From contig WAOT01000056.1 of assembly GCA_015521115.1 (NCBI GenBank), forward strand, positions 1-24,000: a stretch of DNA of 24,000 nt. The letters are read 5' to 3'. The translations under genes were made by a program, and so were the position numbers. Position 1 is the stretch's first letter; each line of letters opens with the position of its first letter. Origin of the DNA: Desulfurococcales archaeon (lineage in GTDB: Archaea > Thermoproteota > Thermoprotei_A > Sulfolobales > Acidilobaceae). Under the pieces are notes generated by a model. It was not told where the DNA came from, did no database searches, and saw only the letters and a program-made list of their open reading frames with translations. Of the stretch, positions 1 to 9,455 are shown piece after piece.

Positions 1-6
1 AGGTAC

Positions 7-411
7 GTGCGGACAAGGCCCTATAGTGACGTGAGGCTCAACCTCGGCCCTGGCGGGGTGGTTATCGTGTCACTACTCCTAGGAGTTCTGACCGTTTCCC
101 CGGTTCTTGTGGCCGTGGGGTTTGAGAGCTTATACTACTGGGTTGAGAACTCCTTAAACGGGGCGGCCTGGACTATTATAATGGTTCAGGCCACGCTAGT
201 CTTAACAGCTGGCATCTTCTCAACCTTACTCACAATAGTGAGCAAGAGGGTTGAGGCAGGCATAACGGGATTCCTGCTGACCTATTACTTCCTCATTATG
301 CTCCTGGGCTCTAAGCTGCATATCCTAGTATATGCCATGGCTCTGGCGGCCCTGCTGCTCGTAGGTTTAGAGTATCTTATTGAGAGGTGGAGGTTGACGG
401 GCAATGGCTAA
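7..411 (+). CDS. Polytopic integral membrane protein, function unknown (possibly 5'-truncated by window edge)
   Basis: ORF from GTG at 7. The frame stays open back to nt 1, so the real start may lie outside the window. There are four long hydrophobic segments (VVIVSLLLGVLTVSPVLVAVG, WTIIMVQATLVLTAGIFSTLLTIV, ITGFLLTYYFLIMLLG, ILVYAMALAALLLVGL). The stop overlaps the next start (ATGGCTAA, 404-411), suggesting an operon with the next two genes. Confidence 0.5.
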   Translation: MRTRPYSDVRLNLGPGGVVIVSLLLGVLTVSPVLVAVGFESLYYWVENSLNGAAWTIIMVQATLVLTAGIFSTLLTIVSKRVEAGITGFLLTYYFLIMLLGSKLHILVYAMALAALLLVGLEYLIERWRLTGNG

Positions 412-850
412 GGGTGGGACAGTGTTACTAGCCGAGATCGCCCTGATCCTAGTGATGGCCTCAGCGGCCTCTATTATAGGCTATAGCGGTGCATTCTACA
501 AGCACGGAATTACGTTCCAAGACGACCTCTACCATGCCAGCCCGCAGGCGGGTTCAATAGCGTATCTGAAGGCTGAGGGGAGGGCGGACTTCACTCTCCA
601 GATCTCAGGGGTTGAGCCCGTAGGGAAATACGAGGTGAGTGTCAGTATAGAGGGCATTAAATGTCAGAGCATAGAGATGAGGATCCACCCGCTTGGGATG
701 AAGGAGAGCACTATAACGGGGGCCTATAACTTCACCATTACCATAGAAAACCCTATTCCACTAATCCTAGTCAACGTGAACGTCACCGTAACAGGCCCAT
801 GCGTCCAGAGCGAGCAGCCAACTGTTGAGGTAACAATAACGCCCCCATAA
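404..850 (+). CDS. Small membrane-anchored/exported beta-rich protein, function unknown
   Basis: The ATG overlaps the upstream stop. The N-terminus MAKGGTVLLAEIALILVMASAAS is a signal anchor. K-G-G followed by a hydrophobic helix is also compatible with an archaeal class III pilin-type signal, which I could not resolve. The remainder is V/T/I-rich and beta-like with an NFT sequon. Confidence 0.5.
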   Translation: MAKGGTVLLAEIALILVMASAASIIGYSGAFYKHGITFQDDLYHASPQAGSIAYLKAEGRADFTLQISGVEPVGKYEVSVSIEGIKCQSIEMRIHPLGMKESTITGAYNFTITIENPIPLILVNVNVTVTGPCVQSEQPTVEVTITPP

Positions 851-874
851 CCGCCAGTGGGGTGAGGAAAAATA

Positions 875-1546
875 ATGAAGGATGAAATAGCCACGTTCGA
901 GGGCGTGACAGTAAAATACGGTAAAGTGCTTGCGGTCGATAATGTAAGCCTAACATTAAAGGGAGACAGGATACTCGTCATAGGCCCAAACGGCAGCGGA
1001 AAATCAACCCTCATAAAGGTGATGTTAGGCCTCATACGGGCCAGTAAGGGTAGGGTGAGAGTATTCGGCCTAGACCCCCTGAAGCATAGGCCACAGATAT
1101 ACGCTAGAACAACGTACCTCGGAGAGAAAGACGGCATCCCCCACAGCATCAAGGTAAGAACACACCTGGAGCACCTCGAAACCCAGTACGGCCCAACAGT
1201 GTGGAAGACGGCAGAGACGCTGGAACTGAGGGAGCACATTAATAAAAGGTTCTATGAGCTCTCCAGAGGGTTCCAGCGTAGGCTGGCATTGGTGGAGCCC
1301 CTGTCGTCGCGTAGACCCCTAATCATACTCGACGACCCCCTGCTAGGCTTAGATCTCAGGGGGCGTGAGCTAATAGAGGGAATACTGAGAGAGAAGAGCG
1401 AGGGAGGGAGTAAGGTTATCGTTGTATCCCACATAATGTTGCCAGGCCTGGAGCCGGATAGGCTAGTTGTCATGAGCTCGGGCAACCTAATATACGAGGG
1501 CTCATATGACGACGAAGTTGTTAGGAGGACAATAATATCTTGCTAA
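875..1546 (+). CDS. ABC transporter ATP-binding protein with atypical signature and Walker B motifs
   Basis: Motifs read from the translation: Walker A GPNGSGKST, signature-like LSRGFQRRLAL, Walker B LIILDDP, H-loop VVSH. At 223 aa it is typical of a stand-alone ABC ATPase subunit. Confidence 0.9.
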   Translation: MKDEIATFEGVTVKYGKVLAVDNVSLTLKGDRILVIGPNGSGKSTLIKVMLGLIRASKGRVRVFGLDPLKHRPQIYARTTYLGEKDGIPHSIKVRTHLEHLETQYGPTVWKTAETLELREHINKRFYELSRGFQRRLALVEPLSSRRPLIILDDPLLGLDLRGRELIEGILREKSEGGSKVIVVSHIMLPGLEPDRLVVMSSGNLIYEGSYDDEVVRRTIISC

Positions 1547-1770
1547 CTGATATCCTCCTCACATCTGAAATACCGTGAATTGCACGCCTCACTAATGAAG
1601 TACAAGAGGGAGCTAAAGCTAGTTGGAGCCGGTTTGTAGGCAATGGAAAAGCCGTGCTTGGAAGGTAATTTGCTTAGGATACTAAGGTATGAAAAGTACT
1701 GGTTTAGGCTTAAATTCCCCCATTATACTTACTATTTAGTCGAGAACGTGACCGTAAACTTGATTACAGG

Positions 1771-2361
1771 GTGATAGGAATGGCTAGAACCCCTAAGATC
1801 CTCGTTCTAGGTGGGGACGCGGCTGAGGCCCTCGAGATCCTATACCCATACTTTAGCCTCCGCGAGGAGGGTTGGGAGGTTCACGTTGCGGCCCCTAAGA
1901 GGAAGAAGTTCCAGACTGTTGTCCACGACTTCGAGCCGGGCTGGGACACCTACACTGAGAAGCCGGGGTACAGGTGGGCTGCTGATAAGTCGTTCGACGA
2001 GGTAGACCCTGGGGAGTATGATGGCCTCGTGATCCCGGGCGGGAGGCTTCCCGAGTATGTTAGGCTGTACCCTAAGGTCGTTGAGATTGTGAAGCACTTC
2101 ATGGAGGAGGGTAAGCCAGTTGCAGCGATATGCCACGCCCCCCTGGTGCTCTTAGCCGCTGCACCTGAGAGGTTGAAGGGCCGCAGGATGACTAGTTACA
2201 TTGCGGTTAAGCCCGACGTTGTCAACGCAGGGGCGGAGTGGGTTGATGAGGAGGTCGTAGTGGACGGGAACCTTGTAACGAGCAGGGCATGGCCTGATAA
2301 CCCCGCGTGGATGAGGGAGTTTAAGAAGCTCGTGAGGGAGTGGGTCGAGAAACACTCCTAG
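1771..2361 (+). CDS. pfpI: DJ-1/PfpI family intracellular protease/deglycase
   Basis: The protein is collinear with Pyrococcus PfpI/PH1704-type proteins: KILVLGGD..E.LEILYPY..L.EEG.EV, GLVIPGGR.PE.VR, nucleophile elbow AAICHAP (Cys-His), VVVDGNLVTSR, WMREF. The real start is more likely the ATG at 1780 (MARTPKILVL) than the GTG at 1771. Confidence 0.9.
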   Translation: MIGMARTPKILVLGGDAAEALEILYPYFSLREEGWEVHVAAPKRKKFQTVVHDFEPGWDTYTEKPGYRWAADKSFDEVDPGEYDGLVIPGGRLPEYVRLYPKVVEIVKHFMEEGKPVAAICHAPLVLLAAAPERLKGRRMTSYIAVKPDVVNAGAEWVDEEVVVDGNLVTSRAWPDNPAWMREFKKLVREWVEKHS

Positions 2362-2377
2362 GCCCCGGTTGCCCCCC

Positions 2378-2905
2378 TCATAGCAGGCCTTTTTCCCTTA
2401 GGAGCATCTCCAGGTAGCTCTCCAGTATTGGTGGCGATGTTATCCCGAGCTCTCTAGCTATATCTTGGATCTCTCCTGGGGTAGGGGCCTCGATCTCGAT
2501 GAAGCACCCGAGGCCTTCGACCCTGTCGATGGTGATTAGGGCCTTCCCAAGCCTGTAGTATCTTCTCCGCTTGACGACGACGGCTACTGGTTTAAAGCCA
2601 AGCTTCTCGAGTACTTCCTCCACAGGGCCACCGATAGGCTTGAGGATGAGCTCTGTCCTGGCCTTAACGTTTCCCGGCCTCTTGGGCCCCTTGTAGGTCA
2701 GGCTCTCCAGTTTTCCGCGGACATACCGGATCCTCAACGCCTCGTCTGTCGAGCCGAAGTTACGGCAAGGGTGCTGGTAGTACTTGTCCTCCTCTAAGGC
2801 CTCCCCTAGGCTGACGCCCCCCAGTCTTGTTATGGTTGAGGCTATCTCTTCCACCATATTACAGCTTATCCTGTACTTACCTTCAACCTCTAAGCCATCC
2901 TCCAA
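2378..2905 (-). CDS. CYTH-domain protein (class IV adenylate cyclase / triphosphate tunnel metalloenzyme family)
   Basis: There is an N-terminal ExExK motif (LEVEGKYRI). The size (175 aa) and alternating charged beta-strand pattern (LRIRYV, ELILKP, VVVKRRRYYRL, ITIDRVEGLGCFIEIE) are typical of CyaB/CYTH. The start is TTG at 2905. Confidence 0.8.
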   Translation of the reverse strand: MEDGLEVEGKYRISCNMVEEIASTITRLGGVSLGEALEEDKYYQHPCRNFGSTDEALRIRYVRGKLESLTYKGPKRPGNVKARTELILKPIGGPVEEVLEKLGFKPVAVVVKRRRYYRLGKALITIDRVEGLGCFIEIEAPTPGEIQDIARELGITSPPILESYLEMLLREKGLL

Positions 2906-2991
2906 CTAGGAACACCCTGGGCTGACCCAGTCGCCCAGGCTGGGGTAAAATCTGGTGGAGGGTTTCAGGTAAAGAGTTGGGGCAGTAATGC

Positions 2992-3001
2992 TTAAATATA
3001 T
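2992..3001 (+). promoter_or_regulatory. TATA-box-like element upstream of tnpA
   Basis: TTAAATATAT lies about 35-40 nt upstream of the TTG start at 3035. This spacing fits an archaeal promoter with a short leader. Confidence 0.4.
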
Positions 3002-3034
3002 CAAATTGTATCATACTATGTCGGAGAATGGCAG

Positions 3035-3673
3035 TTGACGGAGAGGCTACTGCCACCTAGGGAAGCGTGCAAAAGGCTTGGAATAAGCTTCATCACTTTG
3101 AAGAGGTGGATATACTCTGGCAAGATCAGGGCAATCAGGACTCCTACTGGCAGGTGGATGATACCGGAGAGCGAGATCGAGAGGATAATTGGTGGGAAAG
3201 CAGGGACAGGAAAGGTTAGAGCCGTCATATATGCCCGTGTGAGCTCTAGCGACCAGAAGAGCGACCTAGAGAGACAAATACACTACATCACACAGTACTG
3301 CTCCACCAAGGGCTATAGGGTCGTGGATGTCCTAAGCGACATAGCTAGCGGGCTAAAGACCAACCGTAGAGGCTTAACAAGGCTCTTCAACTACGTGGTA
3401 AACAAGCAGGTAGATGTTGTTGTTATCACCTACAGGGATAGATTAACCCGCTTCGGCTTTGAATATCTTGAGTACTTCTTCAAACAGTTTGGTGTAAATA
3501 TAGAAGCCCTCTATGGCGAGGAGCCAAAGGACGCTTACCAGGAGCTAGTCGAAGACCTATTAGCGGTAGTAACATCGTTTGCTGGCAAGCTCTACGGTAT
3601 GAGAAGCCACAGGAAGAAGCGCTTGGTTCAAGGCTTCAAGAGCCTCCTAGAAGAGGTAGAGGGGAATGGCTAG
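3035..3673 (+). CDS. tnpA: IS607-family transposase TnpA (serine recombinase with N-terminal MerR-like HTH)
   Basis: N-terminal HTH: LLPPREACKRLGISFITLKRWIYSGKIRAIRTPTGRWMIPESEI. The resolvase catalytic core is AVIYARVSSSDQKSDLERQ (catalytic Ser) followed by VVVITYRDRLTRFG. Confidence 0.9.
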   Translation: MTERLLPPREACKRLGISFITLKRWIYSGKIRAIRTPTGRWMIPESEIERIIGGKAGTGKVRAVIYARVSSSDQKSDLERQIHYITQYCSTKGYRVVDVLSDIASGLKTNRRGLTRLFNYVVNKQVDVVVITYRDRLTRFGFEYLEYFFKQFGVNIEALYGEEPKDAYQELVEDLLAVVTSFAGKLYGMRSHRKKRLVQGFKSLLEEVEGNG

Positions 3674-4967
3674 AGCTGCTAGGACTGTCATAGTGAGCAG
3701 TACCAGGCTGCCGAGAAAAGTGTTCAGGATATTCGTTGAGCTTGAGGGAATGTATCGAAACATGATAGAGCAGCTAGTAATATACGCTGTTAGAAACAAT
3801 ATCAAGAGCTTTACAAGGCTCAAAGCGTTGCACTACCGTGAGATGAGAAAGCTCTATCCTCAACTGCCATCGCATTACGCCTATACCGCCTGTCAAGACG
3901 CTAGTACTAGGGCCAAGAGCTTCCTGAGGCTGAAGAGGCTTGGGTTAACTGGAAGAGAGTATCCGGAGGTTAGGAGGGTCAGCATATGGCTTGACGACCA
4001 CCTATGGAAGCCTAGTGGATACACATCAGTTAAGGTGGCTACCCACAAGGGGTGAATAACTGTAGAGGTTGAGCCCCACAAGCAGTACTGGAAATACGTT
4101 AACAGTGGTTGGAGGCTGGCTTCTGAGGCTAAGATAAAGCTTGACGGGAGGAATAGGCGGCTCGTAATCTATTTAACCTTCGTTAAGGAGGTTGAAGAGT
4201 ATGAGCCTATAGGATATCTACCTGTAGACGTTAACGAAGATAATGTAACCATGCTGGCTGATGGCATTGCATTCCTCTTCGAGACAAATACAAAGAAGCT
4301 TGTCCTTGGCTACTACTATCGTAGGAAGAAACTACAAGAGCGGTACGACAAGCTCTACGGCGTAAAGTCTAGGGGTAAGAGGAAGGCCATAGGAAAGCTT
4401 AAGGAGAGTAAGAGGAAGCATGACATTAGGTGGAAAGTGGCTAACATTATAGTCAGGACTGCTCGTGAAAAGCGATACGCTATCGTTCTTGAGAGGCTAG
4501 GTAAGAGAGTAGCAAACAGTATGATTGCTAGGATAAGGGACAAGCAGTTACGGCACAGGATTTTCCAGGCCAGCTTCAGGGGTATCCAGAGGGCTATTGA
4601 GGAGAAGGCTAGGGAGCGCGGTGTACCAGTAATCTACGTTAGCCCGAAGTATACTTCCAAGCTTTGCCCGGTTCATGGTGCTCCGATAGTCTACAGTAAC
4701 GGCTCTAGGATAGGGAGGTGTAGCGTGGGCGGAGAGCTGTGGCACCGGGACGTTGTAGCTGTATGGAACCTCCTCCTCAGGGCCCGCCAGGGCGATGGGA
4801 GCCGTGCTCCAAGCCCGGGCGGGCGTCTTATCCTAGATGGGAGCCTCGTGCCGTTGGGCTCGACCGCCACCCATGACCCCATAGGGATACCCAAACCCCT
4901 ATGGGCGAGGTGGAAGTCCCTACCGCTGAGACGGAACGCTACAATCTTAAACAAAATGAAGCGGTAG
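3666..4967 (+). pseudogene. tnpB: tnpB (RuvC-like RNA-guided nuclease family) interrupted by a single in-frame TGA at 4053-4055
   Basis: Track ORFs 3666..4055 and 4251..4967 are in the same frame. I translated 4056-4250 codon by codon and found no other stop (ITVEVEPHKQYWKYVNSGWRLASEAKIKLDGRNRRLVIYLTFVKEVEEYEPIGYLPVDVNEDNVT). RuvC-like motifs are present: LPVDVNEDN, AIVLERLG, HRDVVAVWNLL. The Zn-ribbon region reads CPVHG...CSVGG instead of the usual CxxC...CxxC. Confidence 0.8.
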
Positions 4968-4977
4968 GGACAAACGG
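4745..4977 (+). ncRNA. Putative omega/reRNA scaffold region overlapping the tnpB 3' end
   Basis: Established knowledge places TnpB guide RNAs at the 3' end of tnpB and the right IS end. Seen here: a perfect 9-bp hairpin CCCATAGGG (4878-4886) / CCCTATGGG (4897-4905) with a 10-nt loop. It lies in a C-terminal ORF tail (GDGSRAPSPGGRLILDGS...) that looks more like RNA-constrained sequence than protein. Extent and expression are unverified. Confidence 0.3.
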
Positions 4978-7254
<2,277 letters not shown>

Positions 7255-7345
7255 TCATGATTGTGGGCTTGGAGGTATTAGAGGTTTGGTTTGACCTGGC
7301 GGGATATACATAGGTAAAATAGTGGTTGAACAATGGAGTCAGGAC

Positions 7346-7355
7346 TTTATAAAAA
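7346..7355 (+). promoter_or_regulatory. Strong TATA-box-like element (TTTATAAAAA) ahead of a GC-rich structured segment
   Basis: TTTATAAAAA lies in the cdc48/ribH intergenic region. About 15-25 nt downstream a GC-rich block begins (7367-7445). ribH starts about 200 nt further on. Confidence 0.4.
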
Positions 7356-7461
7356 CGGGTATCAAAGGGGGGCTCCCTCCCGCGCGGCCCGCTCACTGCC
7401 CAAGGGGCGGGCTCACACCTGCTATGCCAGGTCATTGCCCCAGGGTATACGGGTTTACGTG

Positions 7462-7480
7462 TAAGGTAGATTAAGGTAGA
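7462..7480. repeat. Tandem direct repeat TAAGGTAGA-T-TAAGGTAGA
   Basis: Exact 9-mers at 7462-7470 and 7472-7480 give a 10-bp period. They lie between the GC-rich element and the ribH-proximal A/T-rich box (ATGTAAATAC, about 7487-7496). Confidence 0.6.
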
Positions 7481-7552
7481 AGATGTATGTAAATACCTCC
7501 CCTAAAGCCCGTCCTAGGTATCCTGGGGAGCCTCAGTAAGGGGTGTGGGCTG

Positions 7553-8026
7553 TTGAGTGAGAAGATGGATGAGGTTAAGCTAGCAATAGTGGTCTCAGAG
7601 TTCAACTATGACATTACTAGGGTCATGCTGGAGAAGGCTGTTAGCCATGCCAGGTTCCTTGGCGCAAGCGTTGAGGCTGTCTACAAGGTTCCCGGCACGT
7701 TCGATTCCCCCTTCGCGGTAGCCGAGATCCTCAAGAACATGAAGGTAGATGCGGTGGCCGTGCTCGGGGCGGTAGTCAAGGGCGAGACGGAGCACGACGA
7801 GGTCGTGGCACACCAGGCGGCGAGGAAGATCCTCGACCTGGGCATACAGTATGGTGTGCCGGTGACCCTCGGGATCATAGGCCCCGGCGCCAGCAGGGAT
7901 GAGGCCATTGAGAGGGCGGAGGAGTACGCCGCTAGGGCGGTAGAGGCTGCCGTTAAGATGGCTAGAAGGGCTAAGTCGTTCAGGAGTAAGGCCTCCTCCG
8001 GGGAGAGGGGGTTCACTGTAGAGTAG
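7553..8026 (+). CDS. ribH: 6,7-dimethyl-8-ribityllumazine synthase
   Basis: Lumazine-synthase pattern: [71 protein letters not shown]. The real start is likely the ATG at 7565 ([10 protein letters not shown]) rather than the TTG at 7553. Confidence 0.9.
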   Translation: MSEKMDEVKLAIVVSEFNYDITRVMLEKAVSHARFLGASVEAVYKVPGTFDSPFAVAEILKNMKVDAVAVLGAVVKGETEHDEVVAHQAARKILDLGIQYGVPVTLGIIGPGASRDEAIERAEEYAARAVEAAVKMARRAKSFRSKASSGERGFTVE

Positions 8027-8093
8027 GTATAAGTATAGAGTCGCCGCCTTAGACCTGGGAGTGCAACCCGTAGTGAGCGGCCAAGTTTGACGG

Positions 8094-8825
8094 GTGAGTG
8101 GCGGGGGGTCGGTGTTGAGGCTGGCACTGATAGAGTTAATGGGCTACAGGGAGTGGACTGAGAGCCTTGGATATGACAGGGAGTGGCTCATACAGGAGGC
8201 TCAGGCCAGCATCTACAGATCCCTCCAGGACACCGTCTCCTCAATGAGGGGCTTCGCAATGCCGCTAAGACACGACTTCCTACTAGCTGTCTCAACAGGC
8301 CTCTCCAGAGAGCAGCATGAGGCAATACTGGATAAGGTAAGGCTTGAGAGTAGGATCCCTGTGAGGATGGCCAGCGTCCCGGGGCTAAACCCCTCAGAGG
8401 CCCTCAACAAGGCACACAAGCTCCTTCAGAGGGTAGCACCAGGCGAGGTGGAGTATGTCGATGGTGACGATGGTAGAACAGTCATGGCCCACGTCGACAT
8501 TAACGGTATCAGCCGCAAGACTAGGGAGAGGGGGCTTGTCGAGAGCCTAGTTGTGATATCAGAGTTCATAGCCACAGTGACAAAAATGGCGGCAAAGCAC
8601 GGCGGTATAGCACAGTACCTTGGGGGCGACAACATCATAGTACTACTACCCGACAACGACTACATGGCGTTTGCAGAGGCGGTCGTTGAAGTCTCGGACG
8701 TCAAGGTTGGCATAGGGGTCTCCCGTCTACCCCGGAGGGCGATGGAGCTCTCGAGCAAGGCATTACACATGATAAGAGAGGACATTGTCCCGGAGAAGAT
8801 ACACGTGATCGAGGATCGGGTGTGA
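8094..8825 (+). CDS. gch3: GTP cyclohydrolase III (archaeal riboflavin/F420 pathway)
   Basis: The protein is collinear with the M. jannaschii MJ0145 family as I recall it: LALIELMGYREWT (compare VIQIDNYGPWT), AHVDINGIS, GGDNIIVLLP (compare GGDNFMAP), KVGIGVS. The real start is probably GTG/TTG at 8112/8115. It is adjacent to ribH. Confidence 0.8.
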   Translation: MSGGGSVLRLALIELMGYREWTESLGYDREWLIQEAQASIYRSLQDTVSSMRGFAMPLRHDFLLAVSTGLSREQHEAILDKVRLESRIPVRMASVPGLNPSEALNKAHKLLQRVAPGEVEYVDGDDGRTVMAHVDINGISRKTRERGLVESLVVISEFIATVTKMAAKHGGIAQYLGGDNIIVLLPDNDYMAFAEAVVEVSDVKVGIGVSRLPRRAMELSSKALHMIREDIVPEKIHVIEDRV

Positions 8826-8995
8826 GCCTTTAACGGGCGGCGTCGAGGTGAGACAGGTCTCCTCAAAGCCCCCCGGGAGGGGCTCAGGCCCGTGGACTCT
8901 TCACACGCCGCCCCCTTATATTGTGTCTGAACCCTTCGGCCCACTTAACACTTTATTGTGTGGCACTGGCGGATACCATTGATAAGGTGTTGGGT

Positions 8996-9451
8996 ATGGA
9001 GTGCATCTTCTGTAGGATAGCCGAGGGCAAGGCCCCTGCATGGGTTTTATACGAGGATGAGAGGGTTAAGGTAATCCTCGATATCTACCCCGTCTCGAAG
9101 GGCCACTCCCTCGTTATAACGAGAAACCACTACGAGAGCATCCACGACGCTGACCCCAGGGACGTCGCCCACGCCTTCACGGTTGCCGCAGCACTATCCC
9201 GCATCTTCAGGGAGAAGCTCGGAGCGCCGGGTGTTAACGTCATCGTCAATAGTGGGAGGGCTGCGGGCCAGGAGATATTCCACTTCCACATCCACGTGAT
9301 CCCGAGATGGGAGCCTGGGGGATGGAGAGCCCTCTTCCGAGGCCGGCATTTCCTCACGGAGGCGGAGGCAAGGGAAGTCGTCCGTATGGTTGCCCCGCAC
9401 ACTGACGTCATAAGAGAGTACGTCTCCATGATCAGCTGGAGCGGGCAATAA
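8996..9451 (+). CDS. HIT-family (histidine triad) nucleotide hydrolase/transferase
   Basis: The ORF starts MECIFCRIAEGKAPAWVLYEDE, contains VSKGHSLVI, and carries the histidine triad HFHIHVIPR. I prefer the ATG at 8996 over the track's TTG at 8921 because HIT proteins normally start just before the CxFC motif. Confidence 0.85.
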   Translation: MECIFCRIAEGKAPAWVLYEDERVKVILDIYPVSKGHSLVITRNHYESIHDADPRDVAHAFTVAAALSRIFREKLGAPGVNVIVNSGRAAGQEIFHFHIHVIPRWEPGGWRALFRGRHFLTEAEAREVVRMVAPHTDVIREYVSMISWSGQ

Positions 9452-9455
9452 CCGG

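Larger units (their letters stand above)
2990..4977 (+). mobile_element. IS607-family insertion sequence (tnpA serine recombinase + tnpB); boundaries approximate
   Basis: A MerR-HTH/resolvase-type tnpA overlaps the start of a tnpB-like ORF (ATGGCTAG at 3666-3673), the standard IS607 layout. By eye the element is less GC-rich than its flanks. It is wedged between the CYTH gene start (2905) and the cdc48 stop (4978). I could not find terminal inverted repeats, which is expected for IS607, so the ends are estimates. Confidence 0.8.

Noticed and set aside
724-1239. Track ORF, minus strand, 171 aa
   Set aside because: It is antisense to the well-supported ABC ATPase gene, with no motifs. It is a shadow ORF typical of GC-rich archaeal coding DNA.
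1522-1558. Bulged hairpin (AGGAGGA...TCCTCCT) spanning the ABC gene stop codon
   Set aside because: It needs a 6-nt bulge and is not followed by a T-run, so it is weak evidence for a terminator.
1643-1773. 43-codon ORF (MEKPCLEGNLLRILRYEKYWF...) in the ABC/pfpI spacer
   Set aside because: It is short with no motifs or promoter geometry, and it overlaps the likely pfpI promoter region. I could not support it.
4053-4055. In-frame TGA in tnpB as selenocysteine or programmed read-through
   Set aside because: No SECIS-like structure was noticed. Sec usage is not expected in Crenarchaeota or in transposon genes, so a nonsense mutation is the simpler reading. I cannot formally exclude low-level read-through.
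7366-7445. Possibility that the GC-rich leader upstream of ribH is an FMN (RFN) riboswitch
   Set aside because: I could not find the conserved RFN core segments or its multi-stem junction architecture. I kept it only as an unclassified structured element.
7681-8127. Track ORF, minus strand, 148 aa
   Set aside because: It is antisense to ribH, and the lumazine synthase motifs on the plus strand are clear.
8835-8913. Possibility that the cloverleaf-like element is a tRNA gene
   Set aside because: On either strand the central hairpin totals 18 nt, so it cannot form a symmetric stem with a 7-nt anticodon loop. There is no GTTC(G/A)A T-loop and no proper D-arm, and the third hairpin has a 3-nt loop.
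8660-8944. Track ORF, minus strand, 94 aa across the gch3 3' end and downstream spacer
   Set aside because: It overlaps gch3 antisense and the structured GC-rich element. The composition is basic and low-complexity, and no start context was found.
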